Below, piece by piece: positions 46,196-60,973 of a stretch of 64,000 nt of DNA. The stretch is from positions 192,001 through 256,000 of the forward strand of contig CALXXY010000001.1 in the NCBI GenBank assembly GCA_944392815.1, given 5' to 3'. The notes beneath the pieces were generated by a model. That model was not told the origin of the DNA. It saw only the letters and a program-made list of their open reading frames with translations, and made no database searches. This stretch comes from an uncultured Alphaproteobacteria bacterium (GTDB taxonomy: Bacteria > Pseudomonadota > Alphaproteobacteria > Rs-D84). Position 1 is the first letter of the stretch, and each line of letters begins with the position of its first letter. A program made the translations under genes and the position numbers.

Positions 46196-48835
46196 CTAGA
46201 AATTCAATCTGCCGCCGATGCGGAATGTATAATTAACATAACCATCGCGCAATTCTGCACCAGCACCAAAGTTTAATTCTGTGTCGGGGTTAAATATAAC
46301 GCGTGCATTTAATGCCGAATTCAATGCCCAGCGGGGCAATATTTCTGCGTTTATTTGATACAATGTGTCGTTTACAAATACTGTTGCGTTGTCTGCGTCC
46401 GAATGCATGTCGTATGATGCGCCAATCGTTATATTTGGCACAATCTGAACCGCACTGATTGTCCAATTATCACGCGCGACAGAAACATTTGCATACAGAC
46501 GCGCAAAGTGCAAATCTGGGCTGTCTGTTTTTTGACCGGCCGAATCTGTGGCGCTGCTGCGATGCGTTAATGTGTATTGCGCCCCCAGACGTGGCGTTGT
46601 GCGCCAATTGGTTGCAACAAATTCATATCCTATATCACCAAACACGTCATATGTATACAGGTCTGAATTATTTGATACATGCAGGGTGGAAACATTTTTA
46701 ACCTCGTCCCAATTGGTATAGAAAACATTTGCCGCCGAACGCAATATAACTGGTGAATTTTTATATACTGCATACAGTCCGCCACCATGCGTTGGCGTGT
46801 GTATTGTGCGCGCCCAACTGGTTAATTTGTCGCGCTGATACGTATACATTGCGCCGATGGTTAAATTATTATTTGTGTATTGTGCCCCCAGTGCCAGTCC
46901 CGCACCGGTAATATCAAAATCTGCGTATTCATGGGCCGCGGTCAAACGTCCCGCACCCGCCAATCCTGTTGCCCATAATGCGCCCCGCCCCGCTATATCA
47001 TCGGTTAACGTGGACGCAACACGTGACGACAATGTCGCAGACAGTATCTGGGTTAATGGCGCGGTTGATGGCGCCAGCGCGCTTAACGCACGGATATATT
47101 CTTTGGCATTTGTTTGAACCAACGCATTCATTTGCAAATATATGGCATGTTTCAATTGCGACACAGGATCGGTGGTTGTTTGCCACGCAGCGGCGGTACG
47201 CACATTGTTTTCTGTGCCGCCATTATCGGTTATGACGTCTGCGAAACTGTCTCCTGTTGGACTGATTTCATACCAGCCATTTCCCAATTTTAAAAATTCA
47301 TACAGGTTATTATTTATTGTTGGCGTAAATTCGTCAGCAATTTCATTGGTGCTGTGCAATAATTGCAAAGTTAATGTATCGCGCCCGTCCATTGCTGTTG
47401 ACGATAATACCGCACTGATGATGGCGTTTTGTGATATATTAAACGTGTTCGCTGTTAATGTGCCATATGTATTTGCGTCTGTGATGGTCAATTGCAATGT
47501 CGCGCCAGGGGCAAAAGTGGCATTATCAACCACCACAGATGACGCAGATAAATCCAAAGTGCCGTCGTATACGGTTAAATTGCCGGCAAAATTTGTAATG
47601 TCTGTATTTATAACCACTGTGCCACCGGTTGGAACATTTTGCACGTCGTATATGTATGGGCGATTTATGATTATTTCGCCACTGCCTGTGATAGCATCGT
47701 TAAACACTATGGAATTGCCAACCGCAGCGTTCATGTTGACAGTTCCCGTGGAATGAATCGCGTTGGATATGCCTGCGGCCGTGTTGCCGCTGAATGTCAT
47801 GTTTTTGTTGTTGGATATTAAATATAATTCAGCCAAATTGAATATCGCACCACCGCTGTCTGTGGCTGTATTATTTTGAAAATCGCTGTCGACGATGTAT
47901 ATGTCGTCCCAATTGTAAACTGCGCCACCGTATTCCGATGTGTTCGATGTAAATGTGGAATCTGTGACAATAGAATACAGTGTGTCACCAATTACGCCAT
48001 AGTTTCCAATTGCACCGCCTGTGGCGCCTGAATTATTTTCAAATGTACCGTTTGTTAATCGCATGGTGCCGGTGGTATAAATTGCGCCCGCGCTGTCGGG
48101 GGATTTGTTTTGCACAAACCGCACGTCTGTTAAATTCATAGTATTTGAATTATACAAAGCACCACCGCCGCCGCTGGCGCTGTTTGAAACAAATGACGCA
48201 TTTGAAATATTTAACGTGCCGTCATTAAACGCCACACCGCCATATCCATTGGACGCAGAATTATTTTGAAATATCACGCCATCAAATGTTGCGGTTGTTT
48301 CATATTCATTATACACAACACCACCGTCGCCACGCGTGACAGCGTTGGAATTAAATACTGAATTTGTTATGTTTGCGACACCAGATGAATTTTGATACAA
48401 AACTGTTCCACCATACATTGACGTATTACCAGAAAACGCGGCGTTATTTACCGTGACCGTACCACCCAAATTTGCAAATACTGCACCCTGGGGACGATTA
48501 AAATTATTATACGATTTTGTAATGGTGGCACTGTCCCCAGATGTACTGAATGTACCGGCATTTTCCAACGATATTGTATATCCGTTCAATACAGTAAAAC
48601 CATTAAATGCGCCGCCATTGAACGCAAATCCGCCCCCATTAATATTTGTCGTGGTGGCCCCTGGCGCAGTCACCAATCGCGTTGCGGTGATGTCGGCCGT
48701 GATGTCAATGTCATTCTGTGACCCGGCCGTTTTGTATAAACCATAGAACGTTGAAAAATCCGACGCGTCCGCAGCAATTGCGGGGCCAGATAAACATGCG
48801 CCAAACGCTGTTAATAAATATAATTTATTTTGCAT
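46196..48835 (-). CDS. Autotransporter with polymorphic-membrane-protein-like GGA(I/V/L)/FxxN repeats
   Basis: Repeated FxxN...GGA(I/L/V) motifs; C-terminal barrel ending GGRLNF; likely start 48835. Confidence 0.85.
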   Translation of the reverse strand: MQNKLYLLTAFGACLSGPAIAADASDFSTFYGLYKTAGSQNDIDITADITATRLVTAPGATTTNINGGGFAFNGGAFNGFTVLNGYTISLENAGTFSTSGDSATITKSYNNFNRPQGAVFANLGGTVTVNNAAFSGNTSMYGGTVLYQNSSGVANITNSVFNSNAVTRGDGGVVYNEYETTATFDGVIFQNNSASNGYGGVAFNDGTLNISNASFVSNSASGGGGALYNSNTMNLTDVRFVQNKSPDSAGAIYTTGTMRLTNGTFENNSGATGGAIGNYGVIGDTLYSIVTDSTFTSNTSEYGGAVYNWDDIYIVDSDFQNNTATDSGGAIFNLAELYLISNNKNMTFSGNTAAGISNAIHSTGTVNMNAAVGNSIVFNDAITGSGEIIINRPYIYDVQNVPTGGTVVINTDITNFAGNLTVYDGTLDLSASSVVVDNATFAPGATLQLTITDANTYGTLTANTFNISQNAIISAVLSSTAMDGRDTLTLQLLHSTNEIADEFTPTINNNLYEFLKLGNGWYEISPTGDSFADVITDNGGTENNVRTAAAWQTTTDPVSQLKHAIYLQMNALVQTNAKEYIRALSALAPSTAPLTQILSATLSSRVASTLTDDIAGRGALWATGLAGAGRLTAAHEYADFDITGAGLALGAQYTNNNLTIGAMYTYQRDKLTSWARTIHTPTHGGGLYAVYKNSPVILRSAANVFYTNWDEVKNVSTLHVSNNSDLYTYDVFGDIGYEFVATNWRTTPRLGAQYTLTHRSSATDSAGQKTDSPDLHFARLYANVSVARDNWTISAVQIVPNITIGASYDMHSDADNATVFVNDTLYQINAEILPRWALNSALNARVIFNPDTELNFGAGAELRDGYVNYTFRIGGRLNF

Positions 48836-48908
48836 TTTAAAACCCTGTGTTTTTTTACACAGGGTCATAAAAATTAAATACTAATTCAACGCGTATGTAT
48901 TCCCAATA

Positions 48909-49973
48909 CTATTCATTGGCAATTATTTCATCGCGCACACGTGATACAGACGCCGCACGTGCCGCAATAACATCATTTAAATTTGCACCGGTTAAATCAG
49001 CCGCATATTTTATCGAATTTGCGAACGCCAATGCGTCACTGTTGCCGTGCGTTTTTACGGCGAATCCCTTTAGCCCCAGGAACGTTGCGCCGGCATATGA
49101 ACGCGGGTCAATTTTATTTTTTAACCGTTTGAACACATGCACCAGGAAAAACGCGCCAATAATCGCCAAAATCGATTTTTTCAGGTTGTCCACCAACACA
49201 CGTTTAATCAGTTTTGCTGTGCCCTCGACAGTTTTCAGCACTATATTTCCGGTAAAACCATCGGTCACGACGACCTGGACATTACCGCCGCCGATATCGT
49301 TGCCTTCGACAAAACCGATGTATTCGTACGGCAATTCATCTTTGTGTTCGGTTAATACCTTGTTCAATTTTTGCAGAACTTCGTTGCCCTTGGTTTCTTC
49401 GGATCCGATGTTTAATACGCCAACCTTGGGCCGGGGCATATGACCGATAACCTCGGCATAGACGCTGCCCAAAATAGCAAAATCAAACAGGTCACGTTCA
49501 TCACACTGAACATTTGCACCCAAATCCAACACAACCACACGGGAATCACCACCCCCAGACGGCAACATAGTCGTAATGGCCGGGCGGGAAATCCCATCAA
49601 TTGTTTTTAATGCCAATTTTGATAAAGACATCAAAATCCCAGTGTTCCCAGCACTGACGACGGCGGAGGAATTACCCTCGCGGACGTCTTTGATGGCCAT
49701 GTACATGGACGTATCCTGGGAATGGCGAATAACATCGCGCACCTTATCAGTGCCACGAATAACGCCGGGGGCATCAATAACCTCGCAATTGCGGGCGACA
49801 CGCGGATATTTGGCCAACAACGGCCCCAATTGTTTTGTTTGACCAAACAGACGGAAAAATACTTTATCTTCGCCGTTTTGGTACAAAAATTGGTTCATAC
49901 CGCCCAGCACGGCGTTGGGACCTTTGTCCCCGCCCATTGCGTCAATTGCTATGATTTTTTTTGCTGCTGACAT
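48909..49973 (-). CDS. plsX: Phosphate acyltransferase PlsX
   Basis: IAIDAMGGDKGP, SAGNTG, LDLGAN, LNIGSEETKG, TDGFTGNIVLKT.EG. Confidence 0.96.
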   Translation of the reverse strand: MSAAKKIIAIDAMGGDKGPNAVLGGMNQFLYQNGEDKVFFRLFGQTKQLGPLLAKYPRVARNCEVIDAPGVIRGTDKVRDVIRHSQDTSMYMAIKDVREGNSSAVVSAGNTGILMSLSKLALKTIDGISRPAITTMLPSGGGDSRVVVLDLGANVQCDERDLFDFAILGSVYAEVIGHMPRPKVGVLNIGSEETKGNEVLQKLNKVLTEHKDELPYEYIGFVEGNDIGGGNVQVVVTDGFTGNIVLKTVEGTAKLIKRVLVDNLKKSILAIIGAFFLVHVFKRLKNKIDPRSYAGATFLGLKGFAVKTHGNSDALAFANSIKYAADLTGANLNDVIAARAASVSRVRDEIIANE

Positions 49974-50051
49974 AATATTCCATTAAAAAAGCAGAACGGG
50001 CACAATGCAAACACGCGCCAAATTCTGCCGTTTTTTTATTATTTCGGTTTA

Positions 50052-50201
50052 TTATTTAGCACCACACGCCGGACATACATGATGTGGGCGTTTTTTTTCA
50101 CCACAGGTTTTGCACACTGTGCACGGCATTACAGACAGTGCATCGTGTGAACGACGCTGTGCGGAACGTGCTTTGCTTGTTTTACTTTTTGGCGTTGCCA
50201 T
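50052..50201 (-). CDS. rpmF: 50S ribosomal protein L32 (49 aa; not in ORF track)
   Basis: Manual translation MATPKSKTSKARSAQRRSHDALSVMPCTVCKTCGEKKRPHHVCPACGAK*. Confidence 0.92.
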   Translation of the reverse strand: MATPKSKTSKARSAQRRSHDALSVMPCTVCKTCGEKKRPHHVCPACGAK

Positions 50202-50267
50202 TTTATTATCCTTTTTATTTACAGTTAAACTATTCTATTAAAATCTGACGCATTTGCAAGGAAAACT

Positions 50268-50666
50268 TTATTCAGATATAACCCGCGCCACAAACATGCC
50301 ATGATTATGTAATAATCCGATAACGGCACTGTGATCGTCCAATCCGAAATAAAATTTATATCCCTGCTTTTCCAATTCGGTGACCGTTGCCAATTTGTAT
50401 TCTGCGGTTGTGCCCGGATAATCGTGCGGTTTACAGAACACGCGTTTTTTTATGTTTGGCAACATGCTGTGTATGTGTTGTTCAACACGCTGCTGACCAA
50501 TTGCCCAACGCCCAGTGATAAATACGATTGTAAAATCGCGCCCCAATGTTTCCAACACGCGTATCATGTTTTCGTTTGGTTCGCCAAATCTGTCATAGTT
50601 TGCAATTGCAAACTTTTTATTTACAACACCGTCAATATCACAGAAAATTGCGGGGATTTCAGTCAT
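50268..50666 (-). CDS. HAD-family phosphatase (PNKP phosphatase-domain-like)
   Basis: CDIDG, FITGR, conserved K, GLDD. Confidence 0.7.
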   Translation of the reverse strand: MTEIPAIFCDIDGVVNKKFAIANYDRFGEPNENMIRVLETLGRDFTIVFITGRWAIGQQRVEQHIHSMLPNIKKRVFCKPHDYPGTTAEYKLATVTELEKQGYKFYFGLDDHSAVIGLLHNHGMFVARVISE

Positions 50667-50714
50667 GAACACACCTGCGCCCGGGGCGTGGCCCCGGGCG
50701 TGTTTGTATGTGGA

Positions 50715-54824
<4,110 letters not shown>

Positions 54825-54891
54825 TATATTTTGCTCCTTCTGCAACAGATGTCGGTGTCACCCCAGCTGACGCCGGGGCGACACAGATGTC

Positions 54892-57800
54892 TTAATCAAT
54901 TTTCTTTGGTGTTAACGCCAATCCCAAACCGCGCAGTTCGCGCACGAATACATTAAATGCTTCGGGCGTGCCAGTTTGGAAATCGTTGCTGCCTGATATA
55001 ATCGCTTCGTACATTTTGGTACGGCCAACTATATCGTCCGATTTCACAGTCAACATTTCGCGCAGCAGGTGGGCGGCACCGTGTGCCTCGAGTGCCCAAA
55101 CCTCCATTTCACCCAAACGCTGACCACCCATGTGGGCTTTACCGGACAACGGCTGTTGTGTGACCAAAGAATAATTTCCAATTGAACGTGCGTGAATCTT
55201 TTCATCAACCAAGTGATGCAGTTTCAGCATGTACATAACACCAACGGTGACCGGACGTGCGAATTTTTCACCCGTCATACCATCGTACAATGTGAATTGA
55301 CCTGTTTCTGGTAATTTAGCCATTTTCAACATACGTGCAATGTCTTCGGACGTGGCACCGTCGAACGTCGGCGTGGCCATCGGCACACCGTCACGCAACA
55401 GGGCGGCTTCGGCACGAATGTCTGTATCGGTCATTTTGTCCAGTTTTTCAGACCATTCTTTGCCATACACTTTGCCCATGACTGTGCGCAAATCGTCGGT
55501 GACAGCACGTTTTTGTTTCACTTCGTCCAACACCGCGCCAATTTGCTGACCCAGTGTGCGTGCCGCCATACCCAGGTGCGTTTCCAAAATCTGGCCCAGG
55601 TTCATACGTGACGGCACACCCAACGGATTCAGAACCAGGTCAACTGGGGTTCCATCTTCCATATACGGCATGTCTTCGATCGGGACAACTTTGGACACAA
55701 TACCTTTGTTTCCGTGACGACCGGCCATTTTATCACCGGGCTGCAGTTTCATTTTGTGCGCGATGTAAACTTTGACCTCTTTCAGAACGCCGGCACCCAA
55801 AGAATTTGTTTCGGTTGCCTTGGCGACTTCGGCGTCGGCCTTTTCATTCAGTGCCTTTAACTTGGCAACATGGACATCACGCAGTTCTTCGATTTTCGCC
55901 TGGACTTCTTTGTTGCGAACAACCAATTTTTTCACGTCGGTGGGTTTGATACCTTCGAACACTTCCTGGGTCAGTTTTTTGCCGATAAACGGTTTTAAAC
56001 TGCCTGTGCCACCGTCGATAACCAGGCCCTCGGCCAGTTGGAAAATCTGGTCGGCAAAGCCACGTTCCATGATGTTTGTTTCTTCTTCGCGGTCGCGGTT
56101 AATCTTTTCGATTTTCTGCAATTCAATCATCTGGGTGCGTTCGTCTTTTTTAACGCCGTGACGTGTCAAAACGTTCACACCGATGACGGTACCTTCTTCG
56201 TTGGGACCAACGCGCAGCGATGTATCTTTGACGTTTAATGCCTTTTCACCAAAGATGTTGCGCAGCAGCGCTTCTTCTGGTGTCAGCAACGTTTCGGATT
56301 TCGGTGATACACGGCCGACCAAAATATCGCCCTGTTTCACGCGTGCACCAACGTAAATAATACCGGATTCGTCCAGATTCTTTAACGCTTCTTCGCTGAC
56401 GTTCGGAATGTCGCGGGTCAAACTTTCTGGGCCCAATTGGGTATCTTTGACCTTGAATTCTTTTTCCACGATTTTAACAGATGTGAAAACGTCATCGCGC
56501 GAAATACGTTCGGAAATCACGATTGAATCTTCGTAATTATATCCGCGCCATGGAACGAACGCCACCAACACGTTGCGACCCAATGCCAATTCACCATAGT
56601 TCATCGAAGAACCGTCGGCAATGATGTCGCCCGCAGATACACGGTCGCCAACCTTGACCAATGGTTTTTGGTGAATCAATGTTTCGCTGTTGCTGCGTTC
56701 AAATTTTTCCAGGTTGTAAATATCCACACCCGTCACGACGTTGCGGCTGTTCATACATTTCACCACAATACGGTTCGCGTCGACAGATTCAACAACACCG
56801 CTGTGTTTGGCGGCAACGCCTGTGCGGGAATCACGGGCAACCTCGCGTTCAATGCCGGTGCCGACCAATGGGGCCTGGACACGCAGCAATGGAATCGCCT
56901 GGCGCTGCATGTTGGATCCCATCAATGCACGGTTCGCGTCGTCGTTTTCAACGAACGGAATTAATCCTGTGGCGATTGATACCACCTGGCGTGGTTCAAC
57001 GTCGATTAAATCAATTTCTTCCTTGGGCACCATGGTAAATTCGCCATCAACACGCGCAGTCACCATATCTTCGGCCAAAACGCCGGCGGCTGTGGTTGGG
57101 GTATTACCCTGGGCGATTTTATGACCCAATTCTTCGTCTGCGGTCAAATACACCATTTTGTCGGTGATTTTGCTGTTTTCAACAACATAGTATGGCGTTT
57201 CAATAAATCCATATGGATTCACACGCGCATATGTCGCCAAATGGTTAATCAGACCGATGTTTGCACCCTCGGGCGTGTTAATTGGACACAGACGACCATA
57301 GTGCGTTGGGTGAACGTCGCGGACGTCGATACCCGCACGGTCACGGTTCAAACCGCCCGGCCCCAATGCAGAAATACGACGTTTGTGTTCCAATTCAGAC
57401 AGCGGATTATACGCGTCCATAAACTGGGACAATTGGGACGTGCCCAAAAATTCATTTACCAAAGACATCAATGGTTTGACATTGATAACGTCCTGGGGCT
57501 GCATATTGGCGATGTTCGGGGACGACAAACTTTCGCGAACCAGGCGTTCAATGCGAACCATACCTGTGCGGAAATTCTGTTCCAGCAATTCACCAACTGT
57601 GCGCACACGACGGTTGGACAGATTATCAATATCATCAACCGTATCTTTGTGATCAATAATATTTGTCAGTGTTTTTAACACAGCCAAGAAATCAGATTTC
57701 GTCAGCAAACGTTCATCTTCGGGCTTTTTACCAGAATCAATTTTCAAACGTTTGTTCATTTTGAAACGACCCACAGCCGACAAATCATAGTATGATGCGT

Positions 57801-59031
57801 CAAAGCCCTGGCGCATGAACAGGTTGATGGCGGCCTCCAACGTCGGACGTTCGCCCGGACGAATGATGTTATAGATTTCGATTAACGCTTCTTCGCGGTT
57901 GACTGTTTTATCGGCAATCAATGTATTGCGCATATGCGCCGTGATTGTCGTGTTATCAATGGCAATCAGCGAAATTTCGCCAACATTCATTTTTTCCAAA
58001 TCCGCCATGACGTCCGGTGTGATTTCTGTACCGGCACGATATACAACGTTGCCTTCGGCGTCCAAAATTGGATCGAACAGATATTCGCCAATCATAGCGT
58101 CTGGCATAATGCCGAATTCTTTGGACGCGTCAACCACGCGTTTCAGGCGTTTGGCGTTCATACGGTCGCCCTTGGACGCCAAAGGTTTTTTATCGCGCGG
58201 ATTAATCAAATCATAATTCAGACGATATTTATCCAATCCGTCAAACGCATTTGTTTGACCAATCCACATATTACCGTCAAATTTTAATGGAATCCGTTTG
58301 TAAAACACACCCAAAATTTCTGTGTCGTCCATGCCACGAATTGTCGGTTTACGTGGATCAGATTGCCATTTCTTTTCATCTTCGGCAGATGGCAGGCAAC
58401 GCAACAAAACTGTTGCCGGGATTTTACGACGACGGTCAATACGGACATAGATGACGCCCTTGGATTCTTCGAAATCAATCCAGGAACCATGTTCAGGAAT
58501 AATACGCGCAGTATATGTTATCGGGTTGCCGGCGATTTTGGCCTCTTTGGTGGTGGCGAACACAACACCCTGGGCACGGTGCATTTGCGACACGATAACA
58601 CGTTCAACACCGGCGGCAATAAAACTGCCGCGGTTGGTCATTAATGGCACGTCGCCCATGAAAATTTCTTGTTCTTTGATATCGCGTAATGTTTTTTTGC
58701 CGTCTTCGGCGATATCCCACAAAATCAATCTCAGCTTCAATTTCAATTTGCTGGAATATGTCAAATTGCGCAACATGCATTCTTTGACATTATACACCGG
58801 TTTATCCAGTGTATATTCAACAAATTCCAAATCGGCAACGCCCGCATAGTCCCGAATTGGGAACATGGACGCAAAAACATTTTGCAGCCCAATATTTTTT
58901 CTGTTCTGCGGTTCTACATCTGCCTGCAGGAAATCTTTGTATGAATTATATTGAATTTCAACCAGATCGGGAAGCGGAGTTTGCAAAAAACTTTTTCCAA
59001 AAGATTTTCTGAATTTCTGGATAACTGCCAT
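54892..59031 (-). CDS. rpoB: RNA polymerase beta subunit
   Basis: SQLSQFMD, RDVHPTHYGR, GDKMAGRHGNKG, GGQRLGEMEVWALE. Confidence 0.98.
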   Translation of the reverse strand: MAVIQKFRKSFGKSFLQTPLPDLVEIQYNSYKDFLQADVEPQNRKNIGLQNVFASMFPIRDYAGVADLEFVEYTLDKPVYNVKECMLRNLTYSSKLKLKLRLILWDIAEDGKKTLRDIKEQEIFMGDVPLMTNRGSFIAAGVERVIVSQMHRAQGVVFATTKEAKIAGNPITYTARIIPEHGSWIDFEESKGVIYVRIDRRRKIPATVLLRCLPSAEDEKKWQSDPRKPTIRGMDDTEILGVFYKRIPLKFDGNMWIGQTNAFDGLDKYRLNYDLINPRDKKPLASKGDRMNAKRLKRVVDASKEFGIMPDAMIGEYLFDPILDAEGNVVYRAGTEITPDVMADLEKMNVGEISLIAIDNTTITAHMRNTLIADKTVNREEALIEIYNIIRPGERPTLEAAINLFMRQGFDASYYDLSAVGRFKMNKRLKIDSGKKPEDERLLTKSDFLAVLKTLTNIIDHKDTVDDIDNLSNRRVRTVGELLEQNFRTGMVRIERLVRESLSSPNIANMQPQDVINVKPLMSLVNEFLGTSQLSQFMDAYNPLSELEHKRRISALGPGGLNRDRAGIDVRDVHPTHYGRLCPINTPEGANIGLINHLATYARVNPYGFIETPYYVVENSKITDKMVYLTADEELGHKIAQGNTPTTAAGVLAEDMVTARVDGEFTMVPKEEIDLIDVEPRQVVSIATGLIPFVENDDANRALMGSNMQRQAIPLLRVQAPLVGTGIEREVARDSRTGVAAKHSGVVESVDANRIVVKCMNSRNVVTGVDIYNLEKFERSNSETLIHQKPLVKVGDRVSAGDIIADGSSMNYGELALGRNVLVAFVPWRGYNYEDSIVISERISRDDVFTSVKIVEKEFKVKDTQLGPESLTRDIPNVSEEALKNLDESGIIYVGARVKQGDILVGRVSPKSETLLTPEEALLRNIFGEKALNVKDTSLRVGPNEEGTVIGVNVLTRHGVKKDERTQMIELQKIEKINRDREEETNIMERGFADQIFQLAEGLVIDGGTGSLKPFIGKKLTQEVFEGIKPTDVKKLVVRNKEVQAKIEELRDVHVAKLKALNEKADAEVAKATETNSLGAGVLKEVKVYIAHKMKLQPGDKMAGRHGNKGIVSKVVPIEDMPYMEDGTPVDLVLNPLGVPSRMNLGQILETHLGMAARTLGQQIGAVLDEVKQKRAVTDDLRTVMGKVYGKEWSEKLDKMTDTDIRAEAALLRDGVPMATPTFDGATSEDIARMLKMAKLPETGQFTLYDGMTGEKFARPVTVGVMYMLKLHHLVDEKIHARSIGNYSLVTQQPLSGKAHMGGQRLGEMEVWALEAHGAAHLLREMLTVKSDDIVGRTKMYEAIISGSNDFQTGTPEAFNVFVRELRGLGLALTPKKID

Positions 59032-59192
59032 TGGTATCAATCCTTTATTTTATGCGTTTTGCAAACGAAACTGTGTTCAGTATATTTATACGCCTTTGTG
59101 CCCACCTGGGGATTTTTCCCCAGATGGGCGGCGTGTGCGCGGCATTTGCCGCGTCTTTTTTTTATTTTGCACCGTAATCGGTGCGGGGTGAA

Positions 59193-59558
59193 TTATTTCA
59201 ATTCAACCTTGGCACCGGCTGCCTCCAGTGTCGCCTTCATTTTTTCGGCTTCATCTTTGGCAACAGATTCTTTCACTGTCTTGGGTGCGGATTCGACCAA
59301 TGCTTTGGCTTCGCCCAGGCCCAGACCTGTGATATCTTTGACTGCTTTGATAACAGCCAATTTGTTTGCACCAACATCGGACAAAACAACATCGAATTCC
59401 GATTTTTCTTCGGCGGCGGCTGCTGCTGGGCCGGCTGCTACTGCAACGGCGGCGGCGGCACTGACGCCCCATGTTTCTTCCAATGCTTTGGACAGTTCGA
59501 CTGCTTCCATCACAGTCAGTTTTGACAATTCTTCAACTAATTTTTGAATGTCTGCCAT
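59193..59558 (-). CDS. rplL: 50S ribosomal protein L7/L12
   Basis: [34 protein letters not shown]. Confidence 0.97.
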   Translation of the reverse strand: MADIQKLVEELSKLTVMEAVELSKALEETWGVSAAAAVAVAAGPAAAAAEEKSEFDVVLSDVGANKLAVIKAVKDITGLGLGEAKALVESAPKTVKESVAKDEAEKMKATLEAAGAKVELK

Positions 59559-59602
59559 TTTTTTGCTCCTATATAATCAGAACACGCATGTTCTGGTTTG
59601 TT

Positions 59603-60079
59603 TTAATTCTTTTTTCCATACTCTGCGGAAACACGGGCCAGGCGCGATGCAGGTTCGACCAAAATACGCGCGATTTTGCCACGGATTTCCAACAGGGACG
59701 GCAGTTTGGATAATTGCAAAATATCGTCTTTGCTTAATACACCCGCGTCCATTTTACCGCCGATGATTGTCAAATTTGGGTGTTCGTCCGCAAATTTGGC
59801 CAACACTTTGGTGACCGCCAGGCCGTCAGTCGCAACAGCAACCGCAGTCGGACGTTTCATCATGTCTGATACGGGTTCGAAATCGGTGTCTTTTAACGCC
59901 AATTTCATCAAACGGTTTTTGACAACTTTGAATACAGAAACCAACGGACGTAATTCATTACGCAGTGTTTCCAATTCTTTTACTGTCAAACCATGGTTTT
60001 CAACAACGAAAACACCGTTTGCTTCTTTCAAGGACGATTGCAACGCTGAAATCAAATCTGATTTTTCTTCGCGTCTCAT
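59603..60079 (-). CDS. rplJ: 50S ribosomal protein L10
   Basis: MRREEK, GLTVKEL..LR, KVVKNRL, LSKLPS; start 60079. Confidence 0.93.
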   Translation of the reverse strand: MRREEKSDLISALQSSLKEANGVFVVENHGLTVKELETLRNELRPLVSVFKVVKNRLMKLALKDTDFEPVSDMMKRPTAVAVATDGLAVTKVLAKFADEHPNLTIIGGKMDAGVLSKDDILQLSKLPSLLEIRGKIARILVEPASRLARVSAEYGKKN

Positions 60080-60201
60080 GTCTTTACCCTTGTCTGCAAG
60101 ATTTCTGGGGCACGCCCCCGAAATCCCTGTTTTTGTTAAACTTTCCATCTGGTGCTGGCACCAGGTGGGGCCTTTGTTCCTGCCCCAAAGAATTTTTTCT
60201 T

Positions 60202-60251
60202 TGTCTATGATGGCAATTAAGTCCGATATCGGGCACCATCAGTCACGGACA
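60202..60251 (-). promoter_or_regulatory. L10 leader (rplJ autoregulatory RNA)
   Basis: TGTCCGTGACTGATGG...CTTAAT..CCATCATAGACA resembles the L10-leader pattern; lies upstream of rplJ. Confidence 0.6.
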
Positions 60252-60295
60252 GAAATCTGTACGCGGGCGCGGGAAAAATCCCACGCCGCGATTTA

Positions 60296-60970
60296 TTATT
60301 TTATATCAACCTTTAATCCAGGGCCCTGGGTTGTGGCAATGGCCGCACCCAAAATATACTGGCCTTTGACGGACGCAGGTTTAACCTTTTTCAATTGATC
60401 GACCAACGCGTTAACGTTTTCAACCAATTTGTCTGTTGCGAATGACATTTTGCCAACGCCAGCGTGGATAATACCGTTCTTTTCCGCACGATATTCAATC
60501 TGACCCGCTTTGGCTGTGGCAACAGCGTCTGCAACATTATTTGTGACCGTACCCAATTTCGGGTTGGGCATTAAACCCTTGGGTCCCAAAATACGGGCAA
60601 CTTTGGACATTTTCGGCATCATATCAGGTGTTGCGATAACACGGTCGAAATTGATTTCACCGGCGGCAACACGTTCAATCAAATCGTCGCCACCAACGAC
60701 ATCTGCACCGGCCTTTTTCGCTTCGTCCGCGGCGTTTACAGTGAACACTGCGACACGAACTGTTTTACCTGTGCCGTTTGGCAAAGACACCATGCCACGG
60801 ATATTTTGATCCGCTTTGGTGACATCAACACCCAAACGAACAGCCAATTCCAATGTTTCGTCGAATTTTTTTGACGCATATTCGCGCAAAGTTTCAATGG
60901 CGTCCGCCACAGAATAAACTTTTTCCTGGTCCAATTTAGCCCAAGTTTGCTGTCTTTTTGTCGTTTTCAT
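60296..60970 (-). CDS. rplA: 50S ribosomal protein L1
   Basis: KFDET, LPNGTGK, LGPKGLMPNPKLGTV. Confidence 0.97.
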   Translation of the reverse strand: MKTTKRQQTWAKLDQEKVYSVADAIETLREYASKKFDETLELAVRLGVDVTKADQNIRGMVSLPNGTGKTVRVAVFTVNAADEAKKAGADVVGGDDLIERVAAGEINFDRVIATPDMMPKMSKVARILGPKGLMPNPKLGTVTNNVADAVATAKAGQIEYRAEKNGIIHAGVGKMSFATDKLVENVNALVDQLKKVKPASVKGQYILGAAIATTQGPGLKVDIK

Positions 60971-60973
60971 ATC

